DNA from: Octopus vulgaris
Lineage: Eukaryota
NCBI GenBank assembly: GCA_951406725.2
Contig: OX597815.1
Span: forward strand, 65,596,001-65,660,000
Length of the DNA stretch: 64,000 nucleotides
Direction: 5' to 3'
Made by a program: the position numbers and the translations under genes. The notes beneath the pieces are model-generated. The model had not been told where the DNA came from. It worked only from the letters and a program-made list of their open reading frames with translations, and ran no database searches. This document shows positions 11,965-27,512 of this stretch, piece by piece (position 1 is the stretch's first letter; each line of letters starts with the position of its first letter).

Positions 11965-12666
11965 TAAAAATGCAATAGAAACAAACGAACCCGTTTCTGA
12001 ATATTTAGAGGAACATAATTAGATGAAATATGGTGGCATAATGAATTAATAATAGAGCTTTCGTCAGTTGCGGCGATGAGTGTTCTAGTTGTTGGATCAG
12101 TGAAATTACCAACTAATGGAATGATTTTGTTATTGTTATTGTTATTGTTATTGCTTTGTATTTTTTCTTGTTTTGTTATGTGGTTAAGTACTCCACAAAC
12201 GCTTTAGTATATCATTACCGTAAATCAGGGTGATATTCTCAGTGAGTGGACCAGCCGCAAGATTTTATGAGACACAAACTGAAAGTCAGTGGGATTCTAG
12301 TTTGAAACGCATTGTAAAGTAGGCCTAATCTTTTTCTTTTTTTTTTTTGCACTATTACAGGCACATGGTCTGGGAGAGGGATAATCGATTACTCTAAACC
12401 CAGTACTCAAGTGGTACTTATTTTATCGACCTTAAAAATATGAAAAGCAAAGTTGACTCTAACGGATTTTGAACTCAGTATGTAATGAGTCGGAAGAATT
12501 ACTGCAAGTCATTTTTTTCTAACACTCTAACAATTATTCCACCTCGCCATCTTAGTGATTGTGTATGTGTGTGTGTGTGTGTGTGTGTGGAGGGTTGATA
12601 AATACCGAAAGTTATTCATTCTGGTGCCTTGGCGTGCTAACGATTCTATCAGCTCAACGCCTTCGC

Positions 12667-12741
<75 letters not shown>

Positions 12742-12742
<1 letters not shown>

Positions 12743-13297
12743 GCCCTGATGCAGTACCAAGCAGCGGCTCTCATGGCTTCTGATCTTAACTGAGTGGAAG
12801 TGTTATCATGTACATTGTTTTGTCTTGGTATAAAAGATGGGCTACAGCAAATAGTCTGCTCAATACCACAGATTTGCTTGTCAGTTGTTTGACCGTAACC
12901 AGTTGAGCATGTCCCTTAGTGGCTGACGATATGTGCATCTCTGATCACGAGTAGAAGTAGTGGGGGAGCATCATAGCCATGTGTTGAGAGGGATTCTTTG
13001 GGGTTTGAATGATTCACCTCTGGAAACATGGGTGTTTCATTCAACATCCTTAAACAACCCTTATTCAGGGACCTTTTGAGTGGGATGGGTTACCCAACCA
13101 GAAGAAAATTCTAACTGGGCCCCACCCGCAAGGTCATGCGCTGTTTATCTTGTTATGAGATCACCATGTCGTGCACATATGGTTGTGATGCATGTGCCTG
13201 GTATACCCTTATCAGACGGGTAGTCATGATGGGTATACTGGGCTTCGTATATTTGTACCCCAGTGTCTCTTTGATGGCATGCACTCCTCTCTCACTC
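12742..13297 (-). mobile_element. Non-coding ~555-bp (AAT)n-associated element, copy 1
   Basis: tgccctgatgcagtacc...ctctctcactc with (AAT)n on both sides; near-identical to copies at 15208 and 23353. Strand inferred from the truncation pattern. Confidence 0.85.
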
Positions 13298-13327
13298 AAT
13301 AATAATAATAATAATAATAATAATAAT

Positions 13328-13541
13328 CCTTTCTACTATAGGCACAAGACACGAAATTTGTGAGCAGGGGAAAGGTCGATTACATCGACATCAGTAGTGA
13401 ACTGCTACTTATTCTATCGACCTCGAAAGGATGAAAGGCAAAGTCGACCTCGGCAGAATTTGAACTCAGAAAGTGAAGACGGACGAAATACCGCTAAGCA
13501 TTTTGCCCGACGACCTAATGATTCTGTCAGCTCACCGCCTT
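13328..13541 (-). mobile_element. SINE family A embedded in (AAT)n
   Basis: Full head to tail, (AAT)n on both sides. Confidence 0.85.
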
Positions 13542-13566
13542 AAATAATAATAATAATAATAATGAT

Positions 13567-13646
<80 letters not shown>

Positions 13647-13663
13647 TAATAATAATAATAATA

Positions 13664-15112
13664 ATGAAGGAAAAAATAAGAAAGGAATACTATAGGAGAA
13701 TAAGGCTTGTACTGAAGACTGAACTCAACTCCAAAAATTGCATTGAGGCCATTAACACCCTGGCACTTCCAGTAGTCCAGTACAGTTTTAATATCATTAA
13801 CTGGAACCTTACGGAACTCCAACGCTTAGACAGGAAGACAAGAAAGTTACTGACATCCAGGAGCATGCACCACCCTAAGGCAGATGTAGACCGCTTGTAC
13901 CTACCTAGAAGCAGCGGGGGAGAGGAATGATGCAATTAGAGCTGTGCTATAAGACCTCTACTGTAGGAATGAACAGGTACCTATCTAGTACAAAGGACTG
14001 GATGCTGCGACTTGTGCGCGAACACGAAAGCAACAAAAAGCTGCATTCTATTGTCAAGGAAGCTTATAAGTTCGAAAGGGAACTAGACATTAACCTTGAA
14101 TCAGATGAAGAGCCGGAAACCACTGCTACCAAGCAAGCAAAGCGAATCAAGCATACTGCAAAAAAGAACGGGCAGAATCAAATTGAGAGGCGGTGGAGCC
14201 AGAAGCCCCTGCATGGACAATATATTCTCCGAAGCCAAAATGCTGATGTAGACCAAGCAACAACCCATCAGTGGCTGAAGAGCTCTGGATTGAAAGCAGA
14301 GACTGAAGGTTTCATAATGGCAGCACAAGATCAAAGCTTGTTTACCAGAAATTACCAGGCTAACGTTCTCCGAAACGGTACTGACCCTAAATGCAGATTC
14401 TGCGACACATTTGACGAAACGATAGACCATCTCGTTTCGGGATGTCCTGTGCTGACACCAAACGAATACAAAAATCGCCACGATAGGGTAGGACAGTATA
14501 TACATTGGAAGATATGTAAACACTACAAATCCGACACTCCTGCTAACTGGTATGAACACCATCCTCAGCCAGTTGTTGAAGGTAAAGATGTCACCATCCT
14601 CTGGGATTTTCCAGTCAACACTGACAGAACGATCAAGGCTAATCGACCAGACATAATTGTTAAAGACAGGGAAGAAAATACCTGCAGACTAATAGAAGTA
14701 AGCGTCCCCACTGATAAAAATGTATCTGTCAAGGAATTTGACAAACTTAGTAAATATAAGGACCTGGAAATCGAAATACAGAGGATGTGGAATCTTAAAA
14801 CAAAAACTGTTCCTGTTATTTTAGGTGCCCTAGGTATGATAAAAAAGGGATGTCAGAAACACCTGGACAATATCCCTGGAAAACCATGTCTCAAGGAAAT
14901 CCAAAAGATTGTGCTAACAAGTACTGCCCACATCCTTAGAAAAACCCTATCAATGTAAATGTCTGTGTTTGCATTACATGGAGATATATCTCTACTTCCC
15001 CTTCCCAAGCTTTCAGCTATATTTCAACAACTCTTAACCTTCACTTGCCCTAGGGCGCTGGGTGTGCCCCGGCAGGTGATTGCATCAAACATGCAGATTA
15101 AAAGTAAATGAC
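13664..15112 (+). mobile_element. 5'-truncated R4/Dong-clade non-LTR retrotransposon (RT thumb, CCHC knuckle, restriction-like endonuclease)
   Basis: ORFs 13664-13930 and 13927-14958 (one frameshift at GGRG) contain HHPKADVDRLYLPR, CRFCDTFDETIDHLVSGC, RHD, ANRPDIIV and KLSKYKDL. About 150-bp 3' UTR, then (AAT)n. 5' end abuts (AAT)n. Confidence 0.92.
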
Positions 15113-15116
15113 AATG

Positions 15117-15207
<91 letters not shown>

Positions 15208-15209
<2 letters not shown>

Positions 15210-15762
15210 CCCTGATGCAGTACCAGGCAGTGGCTCTCATGGCTTCTGATCTTAACTGATTGGAAGTGTTATCATGTACATTGTTTTGTCTTGGTATAAA
15301 AGATGGGCTACAGCAAATATTCTGCTCAATACCACAGATTTGCTTGTCAGTTGTTTGACCTTAACCAGTTGAGCATGTCCCTTAGTGGCTGACGATATGT
15401 GCATCTCTGATCACGAGCAGAAGTAGTGGGGGAGCATCATAGCCATGTGTTGAGAGGGATTCTTTGGGGTTTCAATAATTCACCTCTGGAAACATGGGTG
15501 TTTCATTTAACATCCTTAAATAACTCTTATTCAAGGACCTTTTGAGTGGGATGGGTTACTCGACCAGAAGAAAATTCTAACTGGGCCCCACCTGCAAGGT
15601 CATGTGCTGTTTATCTTGATATGAGATCACCTTGTCGCGCACATATGGTTGTGATGCATGTGCCTGGTGTACCTTTATCAGACGGGTAGTCATGATGGGT
15701 ATATTGGGCTTCGTATATTTTACCCCAGTGTCACTTTGATGGCATGCACTGTTCTGCCACTC
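15208..15762 (-). mobile_element. ~555-bp (AAT)n-associated element, copy 2
   Basis: Near-identical to copy 1; (AAT)n on both sides. Confidence 0.85.
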
Positions 15763-16716
<954 letters not shown>

Positions 16717-17250
16717 CCATTACTGAAGCATGTACACATGAACCATTGCTGAAGCATGTAAAGAGAACCATTGTCGAAACGTATCGAAGACCGGTGTCAT
16801 CAAAACTGATAATTATGTAAAGAAAGAAAAACTTAGAGGGCAAAAACTCAAAAATAGAATTAGCATCGAAGGAAAAAAATTTACGATCAGTTTGAAAGAG
16901 ATACAAACGCCAAGGCAGATATACTGAAGACCGGTTATTATGGATGAGGGGGGGGGTGATCGGAAGATTGGGACAGAAGCACTTATATGCGCAGCACAAG
17001 AACAAGCTTCAAGGACGAACTATATGAAGTGTAGAATTGACAACACAACCGAGTGTGATAAATGCAGAATGTGTGATGAGAGGGGTGAAACGGTATGGCA
17101 CATTGTTAGCGAATGCTCGAAATTGGCACAATGCGATTACAAAAGACGACATTACAATGTGGCAAGAATGATCCACTGGGGGCTCTGTGAAAATCACGGC
17201 CTACAAAGAGCAAAGACACGGTATGACAAAATCCCAGCAGTGTTTGAACA
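16717..17250 (+). mobile_element. Decayed R4/Dong-like LINE fragment (second subfamily)
   Basis: TEALICAAQEQASRTNY...CRMCDERGETVWHIVSEC...RRHYNVARMIHW. Confidence 0.85.
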
Positions 17251-17259
17251 CGCTCTACT

Positions 17260-17598
17260 GCACACTGCCGTCGGGACGTGAAGACAATTCGTAAGCTCGC
17301 TATGCAATAAAGTCTTGTGTTAAACCGAACAAAAAGTGAGCTATGCAATAGTTTTGTGGTAAACCGATACAGAAACTTTGGATTGCTTATGGATTAACTT
17401 GTATGAGCCGAGCAACAGTTTGTCACTGGCAGAAGAGGTTCAAGGATGGTAGAGAGGAGATGAGAGATAATGAAAGCAGTGGGAGGGAGAGGGCGTCAGA
17501 ATATCAGAGCTGATTGGAAAAATTTCTGGATGAAGACCTAAGTATGTTCATAAAGACAATAAGCATAGTTTGGAGTTGGTGTGGCAGCTGTACACAGA
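17260..17598 (+). mobile_element. Mariner 5' fragment (duplicate of 24685-25022)
   Basis: Essentially identical to the 5' part of the mariner at 24685-25842; ends abruptly at gtacacaga. Confidence 0.75.
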
Positions 17599-17963
17599 TA
17601 TGTGCATCTCTGATCACGAGCAGAAGTAGTGGGGGAGCATCATAGCCATGTGTTGAGAGGGATTCTTTGGGGTTTGAATAATTCACCTCTGGAAACATGG
17701 GTGGTTCTTTCAACATCCTTAAACAACCCTTATTCAGGGACCTTTTGAGTGGGATGGGTTACCCAACCAGAAGAAAATTCTAACTGGGCCCCACCCGCAA
17801 GGTCATGCGCTGTTTATCTTGTTATGAGATCACCATGTCGTGCACATATGGTTGTGATGCATGTGCCTGGTATACCCTTATCAGACGGGTAGTCATGATG
17901 GGTATACTGGGCTTCGTATATTTTACCCCAGTGTCACTTTGATGGCATGAACTGCTCTCTCAC

Positions 17964-17965
<2 letters not shown>
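17597..17965 (-). mobile_element. ~555-bp element, copy 3 (partial, fused to mariner)
   Basis: gatatgtgcatctctgatcacgag...ctctctcact, then (AAT)n. Confidence 0.85.
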
Positions 17966-17994
<29 letters not shown>

Positions 17995-17996
<2 letters not shown>

Positions 17997-18620
17997 CTAC
18001 TAAAAGCACAAGGCCTGCAATTTGGGGGAAGGAACTAGTCGATTACATCAACCCCAGCGTTTTACTGGTACTTAATTTATCGACCCCGATAGGATGAAAG
18101 GCAAAATCAACCTCGGCGAATTTGAACACAGAACGTGGTGGCAGACGAAATACCGCTAAGCATTCACCATGCGTGCTAGCGATTCGGCTAACTCACCGCC
18201 TTGAAAATGGCAATAATAATCCTTTCTATTAAAGGTACAAGGGCCTAGACTGTTGGGGGAGGGGATAGTCGGTTATATCGATTCTAGTACGTAATTGGTA
18301 CTTATTTTATTGACCCCGAAAGAATGAAAGGCAAGGTTGACCTCGGCGGAATTTGAACTCAGAAGATGAAGACAGACGAAATACCTATTTCTTTACTGCC
18401 CACAAGGGGTTAAACACAGAGAGGACAGACAAACGGATTAAGTCGATTACATCGACCCCAGTGCGTAACTGGTACTTATTTAATCGACCCCGAAAGGATG
18501 AAAGGCAAAGTCGACCTCAGCGGAATTTGATCTCAGAACGTAGCAGCAGACGAAATACCGTTAAGCATTTTGCCCTACGTGCTAACGATTCTGCCAACTT
18601 ACAACTTGAAAATGACGATG

Positions 18621-18678
<58 letters not shown>

Positions 18679-18682
18679 TAAC

Positions 18683-18742
<60 letters not shown>

Positions 18743-18955
18743 CCTTTTTACTAAAGGCACAAGTCCTGTAATTTGGGGGAGGGGGATAGTCGATTACATT
18801 GACCCAATGCTTAACTGGTACTTAGTTTATAGGCCCCGAAAGGATGAAAGGCAAAGTCTACCTTCGCGGAATTTGAACACAGAACGTAGCGGCAGACGAA
18901 ATACCACTAAGATTTTCGCCTGGCGTACTAGCGATTCTGCCAGCTCGCCGCCTTG
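17995..18955 (-). mobile_element. Cluster of SINE family A copies (monomer, dimer, monomer) separated by (AAT)n
   Basis: Repeated atcgaccccgaaaggatgaaaggcaaagtcgacctc blocks; dimer linker at about 18378-18445. Confidence 0.85.
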
Positions 18956-18959
18956 AAAA

Positions 18960-19047
<88 letters not shown>

Positions 19048-19142
19048 CCAAGCAGTGGCCCTCATGGCTTTTGATCTTGATCTTAACTGATTGGAAGTGT
19101 TATCATGTACATTGTTTTGTCATGCTATAAAAGATGGGCTAC
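19048..19142 (-). mobile_element. ~555-bp element, copy 4 (about 95-bp end fragment next to AAT tail)
   Basis: ccaagcagtggccctcatggc...aaagatgggctac. Confidence 0.8.
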
Positions 19143-19280
19143 GCACAGAAGTATGTTCTCTGCACTTGCCCCGAACGGGGCCTGGCCTTGTTGATTTTGA
19201 AATATTTGATAGTCAGATATTGTGAAGCTTGTTACAAATATCCCAGACTCGTCCCTTGCATGTCATAAAATCTTTCTTAC

Positions 19281-19347
19281 TGTGAACTATATAGAGCACC
19301 ACTGTACCTGAAGCCACTGACCTCCTGTTGCATTTCATCGTTGTATA
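19281..19347 (-). other. Candidate 67-bp host exon
   Basis: Minus strand: gcgttatttacAG|tatacaacgatg...agttcaca|GTaaga in non-repetitive sequence; two frames are open. Confidence 0.3.
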
Positions 19348-19798
19348 CTGTAAATAACGCAATGGTTAGGACTGGAGCGCTTTTGTTTATGAAGTCAGTG
19401 ACCTGTACTGAATTATAGTAACAACGATGACGACAAAAGTAACGACAACACCGTGAAAATTAGAAGGTAACAGAAAAATAGAAAATGCTCACGGTCGGAG
19501 GTTGCTGAAATATGATTATAAGTTTGTGAGTGACATTTGGGGAGGCGAAAAACACCACACATTTTGTGCCGTTTGTCTGTAATTCAATACAGTCCATACT
19601 GTTTCTATGTAATAGAATATTTTCTATATGCTGTCTGTATGTAAGTCAATACGTTGTATTTTTGAAACAAATATCTTCAATAAATCATTTCAAAGCAGCA
19701 CACACACGCACATTAACACATATGACTCTTTAAGAAACACAAATGAGGTAACACCAACATACAACGCATACACTTTTCTCTCTCCCCTCTCTCTCTAT

Positions 19799-19837
<39 letters not shown>

Positions 19838-19883
19838 TGTATGTATGTATGTATATGTATATGTATGTATGTATATGTATGTA

Positions 19884-19936
<53 letters not shown>

Positions 19937-19993
19937 CAACATTGAGGAACGGCCCCGATAGGCCATTCGACCCACTAGACTCAAACCGCTAAT

Positions 19994-20081
19994 TCTACCA
20001 ATGCATTGCATTTGGTGTGCAATAATATCGTCCATTGCATCATTTCTGTATGAGTAAATACATATGTGTATGTTTTATATG

Positions 20082-20133
<52 letters not shown>

Positions 20134-20273
20134 AAACATACACATATGTATTTATTCATACAGAAATGATGCAATGGACGATATATATATATATATACAC
20201 ATATGTATTTACTCATACAGAAATGATGCAATGGACGATATTATTGCACAGCAAATGCAATGCATTGGTAGAA
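19994..20273. repeat. (TA)n-centred palindrome with internal tandem duplication
   Basis: ttctaccaatgcattgcatttg...atcgtccattgcatcatttctgtatgag is mirrored on the far side of (TA)n; the catacagaaatgatgcaatggacgatat block occurs twice in the right arm. Confidence 0.9.
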
Positions 20274-21933
20274 TGGTTAGAGAGTTAGACAAAATGCTTA
20301 GGAGCATTTTTTCTGGTACTTGACATCTGGAGTTCGAATCCCAATGAGGTCAACTTTCCATCTTTTGGGAGTCAATAAAATAAAATACTAGTCAAGACCT
20401 GGGGTCGGTGTAATCGACTTAACACTTTTCCTAAAATTGCAGACATGGGGCTTACTTTAGAAAAAAACCCATTATCATCATCATCATCATCAAGGTGACC
20501 AGCTGGCAGAATCGTTAGAGCGTCGGACAAAATACTTAGATGTATTTCTTGCGGTTCTTTACGCTCTAAGTACAGATGCCTCTGAGGTCATCTTAGCCTT
20601 TCATACTTTCAGTTCCGATAAAATAAAAGTACCAGTCAAGTACTGCGGCCAATCGCGAGTATAACCCAGTACTAGTAGTTTATGCTACCAAATGGTACAT
20701 TAGTAGTTCGTACCAATAAAGGGTCCAATACAGAGCCCGAAGAAACTGGTGGTGGTCTGTATTAGCAAACATTATGTAATGAATTTAGAGAGCATGGACA
20801 AGTTCCTATGTCGTAGATAGGATTGTCTTAACCGCAGTGCAGCCAACCCCTCTCTCGAAGCAAAATAATACACTCGGTTCCTAGATACGCAACCACAGCA
20901 TACATCACTAGTCAAAACCTCCTAAACCTATGAATGTTATTGCTTAAAAATTTTTCTTGAACCTTAGGAGTCACAAGGCCGATTACTCGATTTCTATGGT
21001 AATCGGACTTTTTGGAGGGCGGGAAGGGAGAGGGGCAAGTCGATTGCATCAACTCTGGTACTTGATTAGTACTTTATTTTTATCGCTCTCGAAAGGATGA
21101 AAAGCAATGTTGACCTCGGCGGGATTTGAATTCAGAACGTAAAACGCCAAAAGACTTGTCATAAAGCACTTTGTCCAACGTGCTAACGATTCAGCCAGCT
21201 CACAGCCCTTATAAATGTTAAACACGCAGGTATTTTAATATCAAAACAGCTTCAAGTGAGCAAAGCAATTCAGAAAGACTGATTTCTAACTTTGTCAGTA
21301 GGCGACAGGTGTTTAGAGAAGGGAAGAGTTCATTAAATCAATCACAATACGCTACTAGTTACGTATTTTATCGAACCCTGCAGGAAAAAAAGGACCTAGT
21401 GAACTCCCAGTAGGATTTGAACTCAGAATGTGAAATACGCAACTAAGCACAGTATTTGATGGCGCATGGACATGTAAGATGCGCACCAATTTCAGCAGCG
21501 CACATTCAGGAGAGAAGCTTTTAGTGAATTAAAGCACATACTATAGGCCCAATTTCGAATAGAGGTCCTCAGGTTATTTATTTATTTATTTATTTTTAAA
21601 GCTTTTTATTTATTTATTTATTTATTTTTGGTTAAAATCAGTACGTTTCATACGCCGTCTCAGTGTGCACTTTACTGTCACTTAATTTATTCGGAAATAA
21701 AGACTTCAAATTTTGGCACCAGGCCAGCAATTTTGCGGGGATGGGGCTAGTCGAGTACATTGACACCAATACTCAGCTATTACTTATTTTAAAAACCTCG
21801 AAAGGATGAAAGGCAAAGATGATTTCACCGGAAGTGAACTCAGAACATAATGAGTGGGAAGAAATGTTGCCAAGCATTTTCTACGACGTACTAGCAATTT
21901 TGACAACTCACCGCTGAAATGATGATGATGATG

Positions 21934-21987
<54 letters not shown>

Positions 21988-22212
21988 TAATAATAATAAT
22001 AATAATAATAATCATCATCTTTTCTACTCTAGGCACAAGACTCGAAATTTTGGGGAGGGGCCAGTCGATTAGATCGACCCCAGTACGTAACTGATACTTA
22101 ATTTATCGACCCTGAAAGGATGAAAAGCAAATTTGAACTCAGAGCGTAAAGACAGACGAAATACTGCTAAGCATTTCGCCCCACGTGCTAACGCTTCTGC
22201 CAGCTCGCTGTC

Positions 22213-22214
<2 letters not shown>
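20265..22214. mobile_element. Six or more old SINE family A copies (2 plus, 4 minus) and a possible Tc1/pogo MITE remnant at about 21450-21675
   Basis: Diverged A/B boxes and central domain at about 20265, 20492, 21010, 21285, 21705 and 22020. Confidence 0.7.
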
Positions 22215-23352
<1,138 letters not shown>

Positions 23353-23926
23353 ATGCCCTGATGCAGTAATATGCCCTGATGCAGTACCAGGCAGTGGCTC
23401 TCATGGCTTCTGATCTTAACTGATTGGAAGTGTTATCATGTACATTGTTTTGTCTTGGTATAAAAGATGGGCTACAGCAAATATTCTGCTCAATACCACA
23501 GATTTGCTTGTCAGTTGTTTGACCTTAACCAGTTGAGCATGTCCCTTAGTGGCTGACGATATGTGCATCTCTGATCACGAGCAGAAGTAGTGGGGGAGCA
23601 TCATAGCCATGTGTTGAGAGGGATTCTTTGGGGTTTGAATAATTCACCTCTGGAAACATGGGTGGTTCTTTCAACATCCTTAAACAACCCTTATTCAGGG
23701 ACCTTTTGAGCGGGATGGGCTACTCAACCTGAAGAAAATTCTAACTGGGCCCCACCTGCAAGGTCATGTGCTGTTTATCTTGATATGAGATCACCATGTC
23801 GCGCACATATGGTTGTGATGCATGTGCCTGGTGTACCTTTATCAGACGGGTAGTCATGATGGGTATATTGGGCTTCGTATATTTTACCCCAGTGTCACTT
23901 TGATGGCATGAACTGCTCTCTCACTC
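23353..23926 (-). mobile_element. ~555-bp element, copy 5, with duplicated terminal 16-mer
   Basis: atgccctgatgcagta-at-atgccctgatgcagtacc at the left end. Confidence 0.85.
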
Positions 23927-23947
23927 AATAATAATAATGATAATAAT

Positions 23948-24140
<193 letters not shown>

Positions 24141-24675
24141 CCATTACTGAAGCATGTACACATGAACCATTGCTGAAGCATGTAAAGAGAACCATTGTCG
24201 AAACATGTATCGAAGACCGGTGTCATCAAAACTGATAATTATGTAAAGAAAGAAAAACTTAGAAGGAAAAAACTCAAAAATAGAATTAGCATCGAAGGAA
24301 AAAAAATTACGATCAGATTGAAAGAGATACAAACGCCAAGACAGATATACTGAAGACCGGTTATTATGGATGAGGGGGGTGGTGATCGGAAGATTGCGAC
24401 AGAAGCACTTATATGCGCAGCACAAGAACAAGCTTCAAGGACGAACTATATGAAGTGTAGAATTGACAACACAACCGAGTGTGATAAATGCAGAATGTGT
24501 GATGAGAGGGGTGAAACGGTATGGCACATTGTTAGCGAATGCTCGAAATTGGCACAATGCGATTACAAAGACGACATTACAATGTGGCAAGAATGATCCA
24601 CTGGGGGCTCTGTGAAAATCACGGCCTACAAAGAGCAAAGACACGGTATGACAAAATCCCAGCAGTGTTTGAACA
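24141..24675 (+). mobile_element. R4/Dong-like LINE fragment (duplicate of 16717-17250)
   Basis: Same AAQEQ/CRMC/HIVSEC peptide; few differences from the first copy. Confidence 0.85.
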
Positions 24676-24684
24676 CGCTCTACT

Positions 24685-25587
24685 ACACACTGCCGTCGGG
24701 ACGTGAAGACAATTCGTAAGCTCGCTATGCAATAAAGTCTTGTGTTAAACCGAACAAAAAGTGAGCTATGCAATAGTTTTGTGGTAAACCGATACAGAAA
24801 CTTTGGATTGCTTATGGATTAACTTGTATGAGCCGAGCAACAGTTTGTCACTGGCAGAAGAGGTTCAAGGATGGTAGAGAGGAGATGAGAGATAATGAAA
24901 GCAGTGGGAGGGAGAGGGCGTCAGAATATCAGAGCTGATTGGAAAAATTTCTGGATGAAGACCTAAGTATGTTCATAAAGACAATAAGCATAGTTTGGAG
25001 TTGGTGTGGCAGCTGTACACAGAATTATTCATGAAGATCTGAACATGTGCAAAATTTATGCAAAGTTTATTCCCAGACTGCTCAGACGCGTTGGTGACGG
25101 CATGGAGATAGCTGAGCTCATTACTTCCAATCTAAGAGTACTTGAGTCTCTTGCGACCTGTGACGAAAGCTGGCTCTATTGTTATGATCCAGAGACCAAG
25201 TGGCCGAGTGTCCAATAGAAGAATCCTGGCCCTCCCCCACAACCAACAAGGCCAGACAAAAGAAGTTCCCCGGGAAACTCACGATGATCCCCTTTTACAA
25301 CATCAAGGGTATCAGCTACACCTACTAGAATCTCTCTGGCTAACAAAAAGTACTTTGGTCACAAAAAAGTACTTTGTACAGGTTTTCAGAGAGTTCCGGA
25401 AGAGATTTCGTCGCAAAAGACCGGAGTTCTTCCACTCAGATTGAGGGCACCAATGCACCAGTCTAAAAATTCAATCCTGGTAATCAACTACTTAACAGAG
25501 ATGAACATCAAAACTATCCCTCACCCTCCCAACTGTTCAGCCCTTGTTCCTTGTGACTTTTGGTTGTTTCCTAAGCTGAAGGAGAAT

Positions 25588-25625
<38 letters not shown>

Positions 25626-25842
25626 TTTTAAAGACATTGCGAACATGAAGGAGGTTCTGACAAGAATCCTGGACATCATTTTGGATGACTTCCATGGGGT
25701 CTTCACTAAGTAGCTGGAGCACTACAACAAGTGCATTGAACTCAGAGGATCCTACTTCGAATGTGATGAGAATTTTGTACTTCTTCGAACTAATAAATGT
25801 TATCTCCGAAAAAGTCTAAAGACTTTTGGAAGTACCTTGCAT
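24685..25842 (+). mobile_element. Near full-length decayed mariner element
   Basis: IIHEDLNMCKIYAKFIPRLL, TCDESWLYCYDPETK, HPPNCSALVPCDFWLFPKLKE and GSYFE; (GA)n insertion at 25591-25622; TIR-like gacttttggaagtaccttg at the 3' end. Confidence 0.88.
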
Positions 25843-27239
25843 CAAGAAGATTTGATAATAACGGTTTGAATTTAGGTCGGTCGGGGAAGATCTAAACTCA
25901 CAGAAACAACCGGTTGAACGCTAGTGGTAAATGAAACTTAAAAGTGACGATTTCGTACGAAACAGACTTTGATAATAATAATAATAATCCCATCACCACC
26001 ATCGCCGCTACTACACACGTACTGGTCAAACAACCATCGACTTCAGCAAGACTTTCGACTTCATCTCGCGAAAGCCACTTATAAAATACTCAACCCTTTC
26101 TTCAAAACATCACAAAGCAATCCCTGTTTCAGACTGTCTCTCAAGTTGTCAGGCCTGTGTTATGTATCAAGAAAAACAAAACGAAAAAAAAAAGCAAGAA
26201 AATAGAAAACACATCTTGGGTTAATAATTTCCCCAAATGGAATACTATAAAGCACCTATTCATTCATCTACTAGATTTAATCATTGCTACTCAAACTTCT
26301 CACACATCCCAAAACATATATTGGTATATAGATAACATTAAACTCATATACAGTTGCATATCTCTACATGAACCACCAAGAAATTTGGCTCCAAACCAGC
26401 AAACTTAAGATCACCCAATCTCAATCCTATTCTGCAAAACTAGAAGACATCAAACATAATCACACACGACTGGTAAAGTATTACTATTGCACTTGTCATA
26501 CTTTAAAAGTGAAACGTCTCAAACGTATGGCTGTGTAATAGTAGAAATTTATTATTTGATCGAAACTACATCGTTTGGCTCACAAGAAATAGCAGATATT
26601 GCCTCTTACCTGAGACACTACTGTCTTAAAAAAGACGTGATGATCAGACTAGATTGACTTCGATCCTAGATCTGCTCATTCAAGATTGGCCTGTGGCTAA
26701 ACACCAACAACATTCATAGAACAAAAACTATACGATATAATGACAGAAGTCTGATGTACAAACATACTTTGAGCGCTGGTTTGACCAATAGAAATATCAA
26801 CATTGGTGGTTCAAATAACAGATTAGATCTATGATGGATCATGTCAGCCTTGCTTGGACTCCCTACATTTTCTTAGTAAATTTCAATAAGCTTTAAGCGA
26901 ACATAAAAGAGCGCACTATTGTTGTACACTGACTGCGCCTAGACACTTCTTCACATTTTAACGAAAGTACAAAAAATGAAATACCATCTAGGCCTGTGAT
27001 ATGGTTCTTATTATCTACGTTTCAACGATGGAGCTTTGTATCTTCTTTAGAAACCAGCTCCTTATTTAGTGGAAGACTTCAAATGATTAAAAACAGAAGA
27101 GAAAAACATACATCGTATTTGATAGTTTATAAAGCCCACAGATATGTACGCCCTCACTCCACTCGTCCGCAGGTTTTAGTAAGGAATATTAAAAATAATT
27201 TTTAATGTATTTAAGTATTACATATTTATTTAAATATTG

Positions 27240-27453
27240 TAGGTAGAGAAAAGTAGAAAAAACAAAACACTTGAACAAAATACGCAACTTGGACAACAGG
27301 AAAACTATTTTTAAAAATAGTCCTGCGGTACAAACAACTTTCGCTCTATCCGAAGCCATTTTATAACACAGATTACCAGCAGAGATGACAAAGCCAGTCA
27401 ATCTGGAAAACAGCCAAGAACAGTGATTTACAGCGAAAACATTCATTATACGG

Positions 27454-27511
<58 letters not shown>
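27240..27511 (+). mobile_element. Possible short 3' remnant of an R4/Dong LINE with (AAT)n tail
   Basis: KHLNKIRNLDNRKTIF...IVL resembles KHLDNIPGKPCLKEIQKIVL at 14860-14915; followed by UTR-like sequence and (AAT)n. Confidence 0.4.

Positions 27512-27512
<1 letters not shown>

Noticed and set aside
23810-23926. HDV-like or twister ribozyme at the inferred 5' end of the 555-bp element
   Set aside because: Only simple hairpins found; the nested pseudoknot or twister consensus could not be built by eye.
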